The notes beneath the pieces were generated by a model. The model did no database searches and was not told the origin of the DNA. It worked only from the letters and a program-made list of their open reading frames with translations. From Laetmonice hystrix (Eukaryota), in assembly GCA_965235115.1 (NCBI GenBank), contig OZ249446.1:21018001-21082000 (forward strand): DNA of 64,000 bases, in the 5' to 3' direction. Position numbers and translations under genes: made by a program. Positions 13,146 through 28,197 of this stretch are shown one piece after another. Numbering within the stretch: the stretch's first letter is position 1; every line of letters begins with the position of its first letter.

Positions 13146-13350
13146 GAACAGGGTTTTCTTGACAAGTCTTTATTGACGAGTGATGTGCCCGTGTTTTCCT
13201 CGCTCATGTCCAAGTTACCTTGTTGACTTGGTGTTAAAAAGCTGGCACAATTCTAACGAATGAGAATTGACGAGGAAGACTGTTTACCTTTCCCTTTCTA
13301 CACGGGCACCATTTTCTCGTCAATGAAGACTTGTCAAGGAAAACTTGTTC
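13146..13350. mobile_element. fold-back MITE with ~50-bp TIRs
   Basis: GAACAGGGTTTTCTTGACAAGTCTTTATTGACGAG..TGCCCGTGT against its reverse complement ACACGGGCA..CTCGTCAATGAAGACTTGTCAAGGAAAACTTGTTC; TSD not resolved. Confidence 0.75.
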
Positions 13351-16300
13351 GTGTAGAATATACTTTAAACCGATGTACCATATTTGCGTTTTTTTTATTA
13401 CTTCGGTGTCTCAAGGCAAATTTCAGTATCGAACGTTAAAGAATATCTGCCACTTAAGAAAAAGAATAGGGCGTTTTCCCGGTGTGTGGGGTTCCCTTAA
13501 CTTATACTTTAGTGGATTGACTAAAGTTTCATCATCCAACATCAGAATCATCATGAAACAGCACCCTCCCAACATCAGATGGATCACGTGTGAAGTTGTT
13601 GCCTCCTGAAATGGTTGCACTACAAGTTTTTTTTATGCACTCAGCCAATGTAGCTGCCACTTGAACTTTGTGCGGTATGAGGTGTTTCTAAACACACAGT
13701 CCCACCGCTCGTTTCGTCACGTATACGGCCAATACAAACACAGTTCTTCAAACGAGCAAGTCAAATCTACGTCAGCGATGCCGATCACGCGCACACTTGT
13801 CCGACGTCTCACGACCCTTAGACAGCATAATATACCAGCAGAAACATCCGCTTAGGGGGGTATTCTGAAGGAACGTCAGCCGACGGTTTGTATGGAAGCG
13901 CTTTATACCCAAACTCGCTCATAGACGAAGATGTATGCCGTGTATTTTCCGGGTGTAATTAGTCATAAAATGAAGCGGCGTTGGCCTGGTATTTCCCATT
14001 TCTCATAAACTCCTCAGTCAAAGCGGGGATCGCCTTAGGAGTCTGTCTGTCATGGCTGTCGGAAATGATCGACTATTATAAACAGCGCTATCTCATTTCG
14101 AGACATAGATTCTTTAAGAACCCACTTGGCTTTCCTACAATCTTTTGATGGAGAAGATGCGAAATCTTCTTCTGTTCCGTAAGGGGAACCATTTTCATCT
14201 CAATTGTCATGTTCCTAAGTAGTACGTATAGGAGTGATTGAAAAGTCTCCTGATCTTTCTCTTGGCTTGATGTTCGCGGATTTATTTTGTTCTGTCAGCG
14301 TATATATCAAAGATATAGCTATATATGCACTGACTGAGAGTATATCTTCTATGGACTAAGATAAAAATATCACTGAGATGTTGCGTCAAAACGTAGTGTT
14401 CTTTTTACATGTGACATATTCATCTATTCGATATAAGTCAGTACTGGCAGCTGCAACAAGAAACGAAAGGAGGGCGACCATCTAGTTTTGAATATTGCAT
14501 AACGTTATGAAATAACAATATTTATTATTAAACTTTTGCGGAATACTTCCGTCCCAAGAGAACCATATAATGGTTAAATCATGCTATGAGTGTGAATGAC
14601 GGAATGCAGGAGCCATCTTTTTAGCATTTGTATGTGACTATTTTTAAGAAAATACAAATCTGCAAGACCAAATTATTTTTGAGGCACAAAACTGCACGAA
14701 ACGGTCCTTGCAATATTTTCTCAACACTCTCCCCTTAAAAACACTTTCCCCCTTCATATTGCCTTATTTGATAGACATTGGAGATACATTCATGTACATA
14801 ACTACGCACTTGTTGCCCTCCCTGCCCGTTTCTTACATGTAACGGCAGATTCCGCCTCACTGTATGGCAGTAATGTACTCTTGCACGCACTTAATGCTGT
14901 GCACGGAATCTCATGTGATTTGTGATAGTAAGTGGGTCCCTCTTGGACTACAGGACGTATACTGCACCATACCAAATATGGTGCATTAGTGGAAAGTGGG
15001 CACTCCCTCGTCATTTGCCAGTCATATATCCGTTCTTATTTGATTGAACCCAGGTCGCGTCCGACTCGCGGGGTTTCTTGCATGTTTTATTATATACTAT
15101 CACGTAACCATGCTAGGTATTATCACAATAGATGTATTTGGTATAGCATGCGATCTCAAATACAATTTTTATTATTTCACAATGCGAGACCTCAACAACT
15201 CGGCGGAGAGGCGTCAGGCGTGCATTAACGCGGAGAGAGATGACCCACAGTCTCATCTTAAGTTAAATATAAGTCATGGGAGCGCTGTCTTTCTACTAGA
15301 TCCTATGTTTTAACACATGAAATAATGACAGGTACTTCCTAACTTCCGAGGGCAAAGTATTATGTTTTTTTCAGTTTTGTGACAACAGGATTATATTCGA
15401 GTAACATGCGGTGGTAGAATTTCCCACGAGATGTATACTACGCTCTTGTATTTAATTTTTATATTGACATGCCTAGGCCTGCTCCTTTTGATCTTGCACA
15501 AATACGTCAGCCCAGAGATACATATATATATATATATATAATAAAGTCCACCTGTGTCTACATGCAGCGAGAAAGGTTTTCTACATCTAGGTGTCATGTC
15601 GCATTATTTGAGAGACTAGAAAGACAAGATGTGTCCAGATTAATAACGCTGGTCTATGGATACGAGGATATACGCAGGTGTGCATACATTCTCATTATTT
15701 CAATAGTGGTGTAACTACCATCACCTACTGTCTATTTACAAGGATAAGTTTAGTAAATAACAGCTCAGCCGGTAAATATTTATTTGGCAATTTGTGGCGC
15801 AGCCGTCACAGATGAAACAGTGCAACATCAGAGAAATGTTTTTCCTTGCGTACTGTTTGTGCTGTGCTGTCGTCAACTCCAACCAGCCGTTCCTGAATGC
15901 AATATTCAACGTTAGTTTGCCAGTTGCGTTTTATTCTCCCCCAGATGTGATTTGAAATTGTTTGGGATCAGCAGTCAATGAAGAATATTAGAAATTTGCC
16001 CCAAGTCAATTATTTTGACGGGCGAGTATTCGTTTCAAACTGACACGCTGGAGTTATTTCTCACTTTCTTATGCACCATGTAGGCGAAGGGGGGAGGCAT
16101 AAGGACCCACACTTTTTGATTCTGTCATATTTATATGCAGGGAAGGCGCAGCCTAGAATATTTAGAAAAAAAAACCACATCGCTGTCACTAAAACCACAG
16201 CAAATTTATTGGAAAAATACATAGCAAATAGAAAAAAGCTTTATAAATGGGGTCTATTACCCACACGTATATGGGACATTAAGCCCCAATCCAATATTAT

Positions 16301-16361
16301 ATTGCTTTTGGAGCCTAATGCCCCCTTTCCCCTACCCCAGGCTCACGCCCTACGCAATTCT

Positions 16362-16616
16362 GGGGCCCGTCTTACAAAGGCTGGTTAATAACCAGATCGT
16401 TAACATAGCAGTGAATGGTGGCTGTAACCAGCAGCCTTCCGTTCACTCCTATGTTAATCTAACGATTTGGTTATTAACCAGTGGTGCGTTTCTCATCTAT
16501 TGTTATCCTGTCGTGCGTTAAAATCCCCGTTGAAAATGCATTAGAGTTAACGATACGACAAGCTAAGGACATGATGAGAACCCCACCCCCACCCCCAGCC
16601 TAGTAAGACGGGCCCC
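16362..16616. mobile_element. MITE with GGGGCCCGTCTTAC TIRs (PIF/Harbinger-like termini)
   Basis: GGGGCCCGTCTTACAAAGGCTGG ... CCAGCCTAGTAAGACGGGCCCC; 255 bp; no clean TSD. Confidence 0.75.
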
Positions 16617-16681
16617 GAACGCTTGATGTTCGAACTGTCTAGGTGCATCCGTTCATGGCAGATATACTACAGCAACTTCGA

Positions 16682-16770
16682 CAACTCAGCATGTTTTGCC
16701 ACAACTCAGCATGTTTTGCCACAACTCATTTACCACTCTCAACATGTTTTGCCACACTCAGCATGTTTTA
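16682..16770. repeat. short 20-bp tandem repeat, ~4 partly degenerate copies
   Basis: ACAACTCAGCATGTTTTGCC twice, then degenerate copies. Confidence 0.8.
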
Positions 16771-19759
16771 CCGCCTTCTGTCTTAATAAGCAGAGGTTCA
16801 TCGAAACAGGCTTAAAGGACTCGTAGACCAGCGCTAGTCGCCAGCGACCTGCGCAATAACGACCGTGGTAAATTGGTTTGAACGCCTTTTCAAACCTGAA
16901 CCACCTGAACTGAGGACACATCTGTGGCTTGAAGCCTCGGAAGGTCATTTAAAACACGGCCATCAGTGATTGCCTCTGTTTGGGTACAACAGACGCCGAG
17001 AGGCGGAAAAAACAATTCATAATGTAGTGCATTTGATGGAGAAAGAAATGAAGGGATGGTATAAAAAGGTTGGGGAAGTGGGAGGGGATAAATTGTCGGG
17101 AGAAAAGGACGGGGCGGAGGGGGGGGTGATATCCGCAATCAGCACTTCAAATCCACCAAAGCCCCTCCATCACATTTTCTATTCACCACCGGCAGACCCA
17201 CTGTCCATGTTCCTTGCTAGGACGCGAGGCTCATTATCGTCTGCCATTACACTACGTCATCGACATCCGCGCAGGCGCCTGACTGACAGAACGCCGGCGT
17301 TCGCCGCCGCCGTTGTGTCGTCCCGTTTCACTACATGATCTGACATTTCACCCTGCAGACGCCTTGAACGGTTCAGTTCAGTGGATCAGGTGGATCGATC
17401 TCAAGACATTGAACAGTATTTCGATCTCGGCAAATTACAAAACGCAGAATAAGAGGCGGGGGGGGGGGGAGATCAAGCGAAAGTTGCTTCCGGGAAGAGG
17501 GAGAAAATGGGCTTGGTGAAATTAATTACAACATTGCCACTATTGGGTTTGATGATAGAGGAAGCGTCTGAAACCATTTAGTAATACACTTTGAGTTTCA
17601 GTAAGATATACTCCATTGTTGTGTACTTTCTGTGCAAAGCTTGTCTGTGCAGTGGTTTTTCTAACTTTAGGATTGTTTAGGATACAGGGCCCACAGAGCT
17701 GATAAAAAATGACATTATAATATGGAAAGATGACATATTCCTTTTAAAAACTTTTGAGTAGATGACGCATCCATCTCGCGAGTTCCTGACAATGAGTGTA
17801 TAATGTACGGCTTCATATATTATAAAGACGAGTGACAGCTTTAATGGTGTTTGGGGTGGGTAATTGACATTTATATATTGGAAATGAGAGAGGTTTGCTG
17901 TATATGGAGGAATTTATCAGAGGCTTCTATGACAGGAGAGATTTCATCATCAACCGCAGAATGTAGCGAGCCGGAACGGGCTGTCAAAATGGCTGCTTGG
18001 TTGATCCATTCGGCTGTGTTGGGATGGTCCAAACCATCCTGAAATTATTTTAATGTTAATTGAAAACTGCATATCAAAGGGTTGGACTTGGTTTAGCTAA
18101 GGAAAGACCTGCAGAATGAGCGATAGACCGAGGGAGAGTTTTGCGGATTATTAATGAAAGATGCAGAACATACGCAGCCATGATGAGGTCAAGGTCAGGT
18201 CACACATCCGGGATACGGCAACATGACCGCTACCCTGACCCGGAAGTAGTTTACCGGGATACCAAGCCCCGGAAAGCAATAACCCCAAACATGGGGCCGG
18301 AATTGAAATAATCCCACGCAATGGAGGTCTGATACAAAAAGAAAATGACCCCCTTGTTTCATTAGGGAAGCGTTCCGGTGTAACAATCTCACGCACAGAG
18401 CCAATAATGTATCGTCCTTATCAGCCATCCCACACTCTCACATTAACTGACACTCCTTCTCTATACGGCTCAAGGGTAAACCATGCACAACGCTACATAT
18501 GGCCTAATAAAACCTTTAATCAAAATTATATATGCTTAATTGTTAAGCAATCAAGCTACTCTGATTGAACATTGTAACACTTTAATTTTTTTACTGCATA
18601 TAAACTGAATAAAAAAGGAATTTAATGTCGGGTAAGAGCAGCCATTCACTGCCAAAATCGACCAAAAATATGGGGGTGGCGGTGCGGGGGGGGGGGATCT
18701 TTGATACCGACACTTCTAATTTATCACACCGGAACCGCAAGGTTTTATGGGAGTCATTAATAAAACGTCATCAGTGATGACGTCACAGAATGGCCGGCGG
18801 GCACTGCTGAATGTGGCTTCCCGACTGGGTCCTAACGAATGGCTTCAGTAAAACCCTTGGGGAACTGGACGTACTGTTGTAATGAACAGCGTTTGTTCCA
18901 CAAATAGAGGGGGCGGGGGTGTGGAGGGGGGGGGTGGATTTTCACGAGTGCTAAAAGGATCACTGCCAGCACGTTTTCCACACGCTGTCCGATCCAGGGA
19001 GCTCAAACAAGGATGGAGCTCCAGTGCAGGTGCCAGCAGTTTTGGGAACGTTTTACCTCGAGGCGTTCGGTTAAGACTCTAAACCCACTGCTGTCAGGGT
19101 GTTTAATCTGTAATGCTTTCGTGCCATTTATTTCAAGTCGCTAGGACCAGTGCAGCTTTCGAGAAAAGTCGTACAAACCCTGCGTCTTGCGCACAATTGG
19201 TGTGGGTTTAGCAAACCAGAACGGTGTTATTAAAGCGAGGGTGTGATTTATTCGGAGTGCGAATCATTCACGCTGCAGTAAACAGAAACCATCTTAAGTG
19301 GGGTTACTAGTCCATGTCAGTAACAATATCCCGCCATTATGGTAATATGGCCGTGCCCGCAACCCTTGCTATACGACGGTTCCCTTTTAGTCGACTAGGA
19401 TGGCTTCACTCAGTTTACTATATTTAACATCGAACGAAGCCGCTGTCCTTGAGGGCCCAGCGAGGGACGGAGACCAATTGGTCGCTGTGGGCTGTGATGC
19501 GGCAAAGATGTACAGCCATGTGGGGTGGCTATTATTTTGCACCAATCAGATCGCTACACAGACTCCACTGCAATGATTTCTTTTGCTGTTGTTCGCCTCC
19601 ATTGCTCTTCCTTTGAGCGGATCGGTGCAGACACCCCCTGAGTGCCAATTTACGTCGCCAGCCCGCCTCGTCACGTATTTTAATGACTCACGGACTCTTT
19701 TATTTTTGACGGAAGCGTTGTGGTTTCTTTGAATTAGCGGCAGCTTCTGTCGGCTAGGA

Positions 19760-19772
19760 GGCCACCTAGCGG
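19760..19772 (-). promoter_or_regulatory. CTCF-like motif
   Basis: Reverse complement CCGCTAGGTGGCC. Confidence 0.3.
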
Positions 19773-22700
19773 TCGATAACGCTTGGGAAGTTCTACATCC
19801 GCTCATAACTGTGATGACATGTAATCCTCATGTGACGTGCCAATAATTGTGGGAATGACAATGTTTCTCCCCGTTTTTTCCTTTCCCCGTCCTTGTCCTA
19901 GTTGTCAGAGGTGTTAGTTCGTTAGCGTAATAATATTCACCGAAAAGAAGAAACTATATGAACTGCATGCACTCATTCTAACCAGTTCTGTGTACCTGTT
20001 GGAGAGTGATTGACATTAACACCAGCCCCAAGATTTCGCGTCGACCATAAACCAAGTTCATAAAGATGTAGCTGCGAGGAATCGTAGGATATAGTTTCAG
20101 GGGCGTGGCAGTCTTTAGCCTACAAACAGCAATACCCCCTATGGCTTGAATTGTTGGATCTCACAGAAAAGAAAGGGACACAATGGTTAAGAAATGGTTG
20201 GTGTGTATTAGAAGTAACGTGAATGACTGTATTATTTTGTTTATTTGTTTATGGGAGACATGACCTATACAGCGTTCATGCAACGCTCGTTTGTCGATGA
20301 GCTTCCGTCAAAGTAGTCCATCATGCACTGCGTGCAAACGGATTCCCCATAATTATGACGTCACCATGAGGTATATTGAGGATGCCGTGGTATGCATTGT
20401 GGGTGATGTCTTTCCCGTGTTTTTATTTCTATGTGGATGCAGTACGGGCAGTCTTTCCATATCTACTTATCTACTCTGGAAGCAGTGCTCCCGACTGCTT
20501 TATCAAAGGCCGGCCTATCGAAAAGAGTAGGGGTTCGCACAATGGGTTTCACCGACTGAGTTAGTTAACCCTGTTCTCGCCCTGATGTAGCCGAAATACT
20601 GCCGGCTGAGCGTTAAATACCAACTACTCACTCACTATCCACTGTGGATGATGTGCTTTTAGTCTTTCTATATCTAATTATCCACTGCCGATGTAGTGTC
20701 TCCTGTCATTTATCCTTACCTTAGACCGTCCCCGGTTGCTGTTGCAGACTGTTTTTACCCCCCCCCCCCATGCCGACTGTAGGATATTGATTTATAACCT
20801 GGTGCCGTTAGACCTTTAGCTTTCCATGGACCAGCAAAGGTCCGGTTTGGGATCAAACAAACTCCCATACTTTAACACCGACATGTCAACCTTCATTTAT
20901 ATCCTGGCGTCAGACAAACTGGATGACCTGGCGGGCCAAACGTTCTTTGTTCGAATCCCGAAGCGGAGATGGGTCCTGTGTATTGTTCAGTGCAAGGTTT
21001 GATATGTCATTGGAATTAGTTCTGCGACCACAGTTAAAGGGACGAGAATATTGTAGACATTGAGCAATCCAAAAATAGCTTAACATTTCAATCGTAGCTG
21101 AATGGCTAAGAACACATTACCAGAGTTATTTTTTCGTAATGACCCCAAACGTGATTATGTTCATTTCTTGCAACTGGTGAATGCCTACATACATCGAGCG
21201 CTGTTCTATGAATGTAATCCTTACATTTCAATATATTGAGGCAGCTGGCTGTTGATACGGGTGCTGGTTGATAGTTGCTGCAATGAGCTAAGTCCACTAA
21301 ACCGGCAAGTGACCTGAACGTCGGTAATGGTCGGCTTAGTGAACCACCCACTTTAGTTCTTAGTGAAACACCTGCACAATTACCGGCGTCGGCTTAGTGG
21401 ACCACGAGTTTGATTGATACTGGTTTGTGTATTTGTCGAATTCATTTTATTTTTTTTAACACAGTTCTGTTATGTTAGCGCTCTTCTTAGTGCAATTAAT
21501 TCGTTTATTCTGAAAGTTACATCGTCAAGAATCTTTCGAAACTGATACAAATTAATTTTCCGAATTGCCAGTGTTTTTTTTTTCAATCTCAGCGTGAAGG
21601 CCGAGAGAGTATTGACCGTAGGCAATCTATGTGTCTGCCTGTCACGTCACGAGTCAGTACACCAGGTTCTCGTCATGTTCGGGTGGAATCATACCGTGAA
21701 ATGGCCGGATTTAAATAATGATGCATTGGCAGATCTTCAGAGGTTCGTCGACCAGGAGAACTGCTTTGGTTTCACGTTTAGAGCGGGCAGGCGACACCAC
21801 GGGCTGCCTTCTTGGTTACGGGTGAATTCATGCTAAAACAAAGTAAAGAAGTTCGACCTGCGCATGCGTGAATAACGTCGTGTCCGTTTTCCCATGATCT
21901 ATGGAACCAATTCGTGCGTTTCGTCGTCCACATCTATCTCTCGCCGAACCACGGTACGGTCACGTGACTTGGCCTGCACCGTGAGCTGCCCGGGGTCGCT
22001 CCTTTATCTTACAAGTCAATCGTGATGCATCAGCTCCGATTGGGCGAGTTTTTTTTTTCTCTCTTTGTATAATTCTGTACGTGCTTCCGGGCAGAATACC
22101 CTCAAGGCAATATGTTATAACGAAAACTGGGTAAGAACGTGGTGGTTCTGTCATGTGTAACGCCAGAGTTATAACTTTGGAGTCCGGTACAGTGCTACAT
22201 ATAATCTGACGTCCATCTCAATCAATGTCCGGAAACTGGTGGCGCGGATAGAACGATGGGAAGGTGGTCTTATAGAGTGGTGTACTAATGAGGACGAGAT
22301 ATATAATTGGTTGTTCTGTTTGTCCTTAAAGGGCATGACGTATTGGGAACGTGTTGGCAGAATACAGGAATCAATGATTGCGGACGCCGAAATCAAACTT
22401 TTCTAAATACTTTCATTTCAGCCCCCTCCCCAAACGTTCATGAAATGAACAGATTGCCTACTCATAACGATTCAATACAAATTCAAAATTATCGTTCCAA
22501 GGTTCGAGGCCACAACACTACCTATGGGGGGGGGGGGGTTGGGGGGTTGGGGGCGGGGAGTGAGAGTTTGGGCAATTTGGCGCAAGATGGTGACAAATTC
22601 CTTTGTCTTAGGAAATTTCTTAAAAGTGGAAATCTCCCCGCGGGTGCGTCAGTTTGGCTCCTCCGGTATACTTGCGTGGTGGCATGACCTCGAAAGGACA

Positions 22701-24246
22701 TTGAACTTGGACATTTAGCAGCATTGTTATAATCTGTAGTGTGGACAAATCAGCAGGAAGTACGTTTTCATTCATGTGTTTTGGAAGAGATCACTGGGCT
22801 ATCTGAAACACTCCGTCGGAAATCGTCTCTTCATGAGCACTTTCAATATGAACCTCAGTCTCCGTGTAGTCTCCAGTGTGCTGTACATGACCGGACGGTT
22901 GAAAACATCACATGGTTACTGTGATTCTATAGAATCAATTCTGTGTGTATAGACATTTAAGGCGATCCCATCTATGGCAATCTGAACGAGCAAAACTCCC
23001 GTACAATACGTGAAGTGAGGCCAAATCATGAGAGATCTTCTTGCGATGAGAATCAGACACACACGGAGGCCTGCATTGGAAGGGGGGGCCGGGCCTGCGA
23101 TGACGTTAGAGATTAGAAACATTGGGTGATGTGGGCGTCAATATTGTCCTTGGGCAACCTCACATCCTGGCACTGCCCCACGCCCCCCCCCCCCCCCGTC
23201 CTCGTCCTTCCCCCAAGGCGGTCCCTGGCTCCGGTCACTGTGTATATCCGTCGTCAGAGATAAGACTCCCTGGGCGGCCCTCCGGGTTTAGGGGTGAAGA
23301 CAGGGTGTTTGCCTTTTACTGGAGGAAGTGTGAAAACAACAACCATCCTCCTGGGCTTCAAGACCTGTTTCACTCCAGCGTCCGTTGAGTTTATAATTCA
23401 TGTGTATAGCGGTAGTAAAATAGAACTGAAAGTAAATAAAAACGGAAAGGAATAATCGGTAAGACGCCCTCGGCTTATAGATATTTGAGCAGATGAAAGG
23501 GCTTTTGTGAAAGTGCTGTAGAAGTTGGCGCCTGATGATGCAAACATTGATTTGGCTTTAGCTGTCGAAGCACTAACTCATGTGTGCTTGTTATTTGCAT
23601 CAGAACACCCACTCCCAATCCATTCGATCCAGAATTCCCACCCAGGGGCGAAACCTTTACTTTAACCCATCGCCCCATTGCCTCAACCCAAATCCTTTCA
23701 GGACAATTTCTCCAATTCCAATCGGATTTCTGTGTATCTACGGTCAGGTTCTGAGGCTCCATTCGGTTTGTTCAATTTCCACAAACTTTGCAATCGGGTG
23801 AGACCTCCGGGCAATTTAATGAGTTTGACATCACAATTGGGGCAGATGACATAGGAGCAAACGGCGTTAAAATACAACAGTGCCTTTTCCAGCACAAGCT
23901 AAACTTAAATAAGATTTTGTCATTCTGTATTTTGGAACTGCACCATTTAAAGGGCTTCTGTAGAGACCCATCGTAGGCCTATACTCACTGCATCGAAGGT
24001 CAACTAGTAAGGGTGTATAAAAATGTGTTGAAACAAACTGGCCGAATGCTCATCTCTGGGACACCCCCCTGGTTGACAGACAATGTGACGAGAACTTCTA
24101 AAAATAACTTCGTACTAGTCCTTTAAGAAGAACATTCCAAAAGAGACACAACTATAAAAACAGAAACAAACAACACGCGGTATTTTACAACTATAATTAG
24201 GATATTCAGTGAAACCCTGGAGAGCACCAGTCTGAGTGATTATGCA

Positions 24247-24316
24247 TGATGATGATGGTGATGATGGTGATGATGGTGATGATTATGAGCGATTATGAGT
24301 GATTATGCATACATAC

Positions 24317-24376
<60 letters not shown>
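24247..24376. repeat. (GAT)n followed by (GA)n microsatellite
   Basis: Direct reading. Confidence 0.9.
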
Positions 24377-24378
<2 letters not shown>

Positions 24379-27300
24379 AGTGTCGTTACATCCACTCCTG
24401 TTCGGTCAATTATTCTCATAGTGTTATTTATTGAATGTATATCCACATCCTTTCAGTCTCTGGAAACAGTTATCATCAGCCTCTATAATTCATTCCTCAT
24501 TTCCCGCTTTAATTTCTCCCGGGGATTCGGCTTTTCTCTGCATACTTTTTCCCCCAAATAGTAAATTACGTATTTATCCGCATTTCAATGTCCCTGCGAT
24601 GTCTCGTTTATCTCACCATGCAGGCGAACCAAACCACTATGGTCATTAAGTCACTTTTATATTCATTTAAGTTACTGAAGATGACTTAAAATTGAAATTG
24701 ATGTATTTCTATGTAACGTTCGGATTCTTTTTCTTAATACATTAAAATGTGTCCCCTTATCATAAGTCAGATAATACTAGGGATATTCTTCGTTACTGAT
24801 GCTATGTTTTGAGATTAACAATAGATTCTGTTTGTGATTTAACATTTGTCTCATCAGTGTATTATTTTTGTCGTGAAGTTCCTCCAGAGAGATAATGGAT
24901 ATACCTACCTCCTTGGTCTGCACACTAACTAGTATATTTCATTAACGTTCTTCTATGCATGGTCAATGATATTTCTAGTTGGTACCTTTGTGCGGCAGCG
25001 TCAATGTCGAGATACCAAACACTATTCTGAAATCAGCGGATTTATTATTTCTGTGAATTACTCAATGGAACGGGTTGTAGGGTGGCATTCAATAAGAACA
25101 TCAACACGTTCTCTTGGTTGTGAGTATAGAGTGAGTCAATTGTGAGTAATCTTTCAACTTTCAAATTAGCTCATTTATTGGACCCAGTGTACCTCCGAAT
25201 CCTAGGAGATAATGATGATGAAGTGAGATGGAACGCCGCCATCGAGAGAACCCATCTTCCCCTTTTCTTGCAAAGCCTTTGACGACCCACTTGTAGAGCA
25301 CTGGGGGAGGGTCAATGAAAGAAATGGTGCAGTAATGATGCAAAACCATCTGTGCTACACAGATAATTCGACAACCCGACACTTAAAACAATATAATGAC
25401 ATACAATGTTGACAATTTCCCTATACTTCCCCCAAACGCTTTCAACATCAAGAAAAAAAACGATATCATAGGTAATACGTGCCTTTTAGCTGAGAGAAAA
25501 CAATAATCTGGACATATTAACATGAATTCGTCAGTCGTGCTCAGTCAACCCGTTGTTCCGCATTTAGACGCCATTTGAACTGGGTCTAGGAACGGACGGG
25601 GGAATTCCAGTTGAGGTTCTTAGCCGATTGCGACCCTTCCTAATATTATAGTATGGGTAACGACTGAATTGTCCGCCCTGATGCCCTGTTCAAATCGGAA
25701 ATAACCCATGTGCAGACCAAACGTCCAAAGACTCACCGGTCCAGAAGGATCTCAGCAAGCCCGGTACGGATTGGGTCGCAACTCCAACAACTCACGTAAA
25801 TGCGCCCAGCGCCCAATGACCGATAAATATTCTACCCTGAGATCTAGCCTACTAATATCTCGTTCACATTTCCCGCGTTTTTAACTGAAGTTGTGGCAGT
25901 GCATGAGGTACGCCCTGTGCGTGGAAAGTTGCCTGTTCAACCGTTGCAGCAAGTAACGAGGACGAATGTCTGTTTACATTACAAGCACTGTTGGGGAATC
26001 CCCCCTCCCTTCCGGGAGGGGCGAGAGCGTGAGAATTCACAAGATATATGTGCTGAGGTCACGGTCGGGTTGTAAACAGTCGGACTTTCATCGAGCCGCC
26101 ATAATTCGCGAGGCAAAGTAGTCCCACGTTGCCACCCAGAAACCTCTCAGTTATTATGAGTCATTCGCCGGGTATCAGGCCAGTTCCTTGTTATTTAAGT
26201 TCAAATGATATCGTTCGGGTCGGACAGAACCAGATTGTGATTCTCGAAGAGCGTGTCATGTCATCGCTTTAACCGCTTCTCTGTGCCATCCCTCCCCATT
26301 CGTTGCCTCTTACATCCCGGGTTGGAGGCTGAGGATTAAACTAGACAAAAGGTGCCAGCAGAGCTCGGTCATGACGGTGTCTCTCCACATTTAATGATAG
26401 GACAGTGATCGGTAATCAAAACATTTCCGTTATGATCGTTCACAGCCAGGACAGAATTCTCGTCTCCATTTCTGATGGACCCTGAATGTCTCCATTCTGG
26501 TCAGCAGGTTACCTGCGAGTTTAGAAGCTCTTACTGAGAGTTAAACCTTCAAACATGAGTCTGTCGTACATAATCCTAACCAGTGCAGGGAAATAGATCT
26601 TGAAATACTAAAATGACATTAACCCATACTATCCATACATGTCTCATTATAATATATGTGATCTGAGGTGGCCACTTAATGTGATACACCAAAGTCAGCC
26701 AAAGGATCGTCTGCCACCAGAGCAGACGACAAAGCACGTCATTTGTTCGACCCGAGACTGAAGGTCTCTTGGTCGTTTGCCCCAAATGACGTATCCGGAA
26801 GACAGTCTGTCACACGTGCCCGTCACTGACACAGAGTCTGTCCCGACTCGCTGTCTGCCGAATTCACAGGCTGTCGGAAAGAGCTGTCACAATATCGACA
26901 GCATAACCCGATGGATGGTCCCCGGACCTGAAGGCCGGAACCTTTTTCATATTCTTCAAGGGAAGGAGTCTTTCACCATCGATTGTAGAAATTGCAGTCC
27001 ATTTAGCGTGTATATTAGAGGCCAGTCTGTGTATCATAGAGTGTTCATTTTCTATTATACCTTGGGTCGACGTCTGTAGGGTTGCATGTAGAATTCCACA
27101 AGGGGAACACGATATCGAATTGTAATGCCCAACTGCAGAATTGCACTAGGATACACAATCTCCCTCTATTTACTATTCTATGGTATGTAATATTCAGGTA
27201 ATAGCCCTAATTTACCAGGGCGACGCAGACATCTGAGGCCAGCCTTGCAGTGAGCTCGCACGAGAAATCTGGTTGGATAGTGACGCATGCAGCCAGGCCC

Positions 27301-28116
27301 ATCAAGGATGCGATCCTGTGTAAGGTACCAGGAAGCGGAAGAACAGATTCTTTAATACTCTAGCGTTTAATACAATCTATATTTTTCTTTTTCCCCCATT
27401 GAACTTTCTAAAGCAAATTCTTCCTTTACCCCCCACCTTACCAAAATCTTGGATCCGCCCCTGTTCTCGATGAAGTCTTTCAAAGTTTGCCGTATTGAAA
27501 GCCATTCACATGGCAATATGGTTCTTCATTACCTGCCGAATGAACCCGCATGATTTCAACCACCATGTTTTGAACACCATGACCTGTATAATTCCAAGGA
27601 TTATGTTTTGACCGTTTTATCGTGTGCAATGATGGTGTGGATGTACATAGGAATAACCATGTGTGTGTTTGATGGTTATAAAGTCGAGGCACACAAAGCG
27701 ACCACAGTCGTACGTTGTGAAAGAAACAGTTACCTTTGACACAGATCGGGGAGATTCGGCCACCTGCGCCGACCGACCTCCCCTTTGAGATCAAGTAATA
27801 CGGCACAACTCCCACCCCGCCCCCATCTGTATCTGATGAAGGATACAACAAAATACCATACACATCTGCCATTTTAATTTATATAGTTAACTATGTATAC
27901 AGTCGGTTTTGTGTACAAATTCCCCTGCGCACTAAGATAAGGTCTTTTGTAAACAATTACATTACTCCGGATCTTTAATTAGGAGTTTTATCTCTGATTT
28001 TAATTAAGGATTGATCAGGAAAATTCACGGAAAGAAGGAATAAAACTAATATCGCACTAATTTGTACTAACAATAGAAAAACGGAGTCCGGGAATCTATT
28101 GACTGTTTGAAAGATT

Positions 28117-28120
<4 letters not shown>

Positions 28121-28166
<46 letters not shown>

Positions 28167-28197
28167 CAGAGAGAGACAGAGAGAGAGACAGAGAGAT
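28121..28197. repeat. (GA)n/(GAGACA)n microsatellite
   Basis: Direct reading. Confidence 0.9.

Noticed and set aside
13270-13330. Minus-strand IDEKMVP..KGK resembling the piggyBac DE-x-M-VPFKG motif
   Set aside because: Flanked by stops and lies within the TIR of the 13146-13350 fold-back MITE; chance match
17876-18043. Minus-strand acceptor (ATTTCAG) followed by an open frame DGLDHPNTAEW...SNI*
   Set aside because: No recognisable domain and no compatible upstream exon
20905-20965. GTTCGAATCCC B-box suggesting a tRNA or SINE
   Set aside because: No properly spaced A-box or cloverleaf; at most a decayed SINE head
25150-25410. Protein-like + strand stretch KLAHLLDPVYLRILGDN..., extendable by one frameshift
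   Set aside because: No family recognised, no start or splice support
26390-26470. Minus-strand VLAVNDHNGNVLITDH resembling an NHL repeat
   Set aside because: Single short match between stop codons, with no further repeats or splice support
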